A DNA stretch of 63,840 nt, counting the filler, from Choristocarpus tenellus KU-1152 (lineage: Eukaryota; Protista; Phaeophyceae): assembly GCA_964200185.2 (NCBI GenBank). It is 13 parts of 13 records of this genome, joined end to end, with 100 filler letters (N's around TTAATTAATTAA, not from the genome) between each part and the next. Parts side by side here need not be neighbours in the genome. Positions count along the whole stretch, not along the records: positions 60,429 to 63,840 come from CAXNAD020020217.1; 12 more parts are not named here. One strand, given 5' to 3'. The translations under genes were made by a program, and so were the position numbers. The number at the start of each line of letters is the position of its first letter. The first letter of the stretch is position 1. A model generated the notes under the pieces. That model was given only the letters and a program-made list of their open reading frames with translations, was not told the origin of the DNA and ran no database searches. Below, piece by piece: positions 62,927 through 63,840 of the stretch.

Positions 62927-63815
62927 TATACGAGGAAGGAAAGGTGAACTGAAATAAATTTCGAAGGGTGTACAGATTAATTGCACTTCATTACACACAC
63001 ACAGTGGTTTTGTGTCTGCTGAGGTCAACATATATCGTTTAGTGCTTAGCTTCTAAAAAAGTCCATATATCTAACCACACTAGGCGTGCAACAACAATAA
63101 GGTTGACACGCACACTTCATAGTATATTTCAGTATAGCATCTACCACTCATCATGTGTGGCACAATACGTCATACAGCTCATGACGCAGGCTTAGCAACA
63201 GTTTAGCAATGCCAGTATGGTAGGTAGGTGGACCACTCTGGCTCTCATCAGTGGTCTTTCCACGTAGGTCAGTGTGCATTCACTGCTGCCCATTCCGAAA
63301 TTAAGTCTTTACAGTCCTCCTGGGAAGCCTTATCTCGAAAGGCTCCTGAAGTTTGGGTGCTTGGTTGTAGTGGATAATAAATCACTACATATTCAGCGTG
63401 GTGGAGAAGAGTTGTAGTAGAGAGTGAGGGGGCTCAGGCACTCTGTACAGATAACATCCATAATATTATTTTATGGGGAATGGCTAATAGTAGTACTATT
63501 GAGGAATATACGGAGCAAAGGTAAGCCAAGAGGGGGGTGCCACTGAGCTCTATGGACCCGTCTGACTGTTTGTCACACTTGATTATGGAGCATATAGACC
63601 AAACCTGTAGTGTGCTCTGGGTGTATTGTGAGTACGTTCAATTTACAGAAGCAAGGGATCCCTTAGTGACTATTGGCATCTTTGTTCAGAAGTCTTCATC
63701 ATCTTCACTTAAACAAAAGAGTTAAAATTCTCCTATCAAACTGAAAAACGACCAAAACAAGAACTTCTTTCGGTTAGGTTTGACTCGAAAATATCCGTAC
63801 CACTGGGGGGAGCAT

Positions 63816-63840
63816 GACCCAAAGTATCTGGGAGGGTGGG
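63816..63840. mobile_element. MITE family D, left end at window edge
   Basis: GACCCAAAGTATCTGGGAGGGTGGG. Confidence 0.7.

Overview
This is eukaryotic, intron-rich nuclear DNA, most consistent with a photosynthetic stramenopile such as a brown alga or close relative. That call is an inference from a bipartite 'DAF' plastid presequence, GT-AG introns, a CRE-type LINE and TTAGGG motifs. The window is 13 short contigs joined by twelve artificial 100-nt linkers (N44-TTAATTAATTAA-N44), so gene order across linkers is not reliable. Host genes reconstructed by hand from splice sites: two exons of the SPF45/RBM17 UHM domain; a 3-exon RluA-family pseudouridine synthase; an uncharacterised multipass membrane protein with four VGxA[W/Y] repeats, head-to-head with a complete 6-exon plastid DUF760 gene; the last exon of a TatD nuclease; five internal exons of cytoplasmic dynein heavy chain; and exons of unidentified coiled-coil protein(s). 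The rest is dense transposon material. It includes at least 21 copies of four related ~230-270 bp MITE families with GAG/GAC...CTC/GTC-type termini and mixed 3/4-bp target duplications (Sola2-like), CRE LINE 3' ends plus a ~62-bp CRE-tail mini-element, DD39D-type mariner remnants, an internally deleted Copia element, a tRNA-derived SINE candidate and a TTAGGG-containing minisatellite. I found no prokaryotic defence system or CRISPR array. The strongest candidates for something undescribed are the four-family MITE clan, the CRE-tail mini-retroposon and the repeat-built membrane protein.
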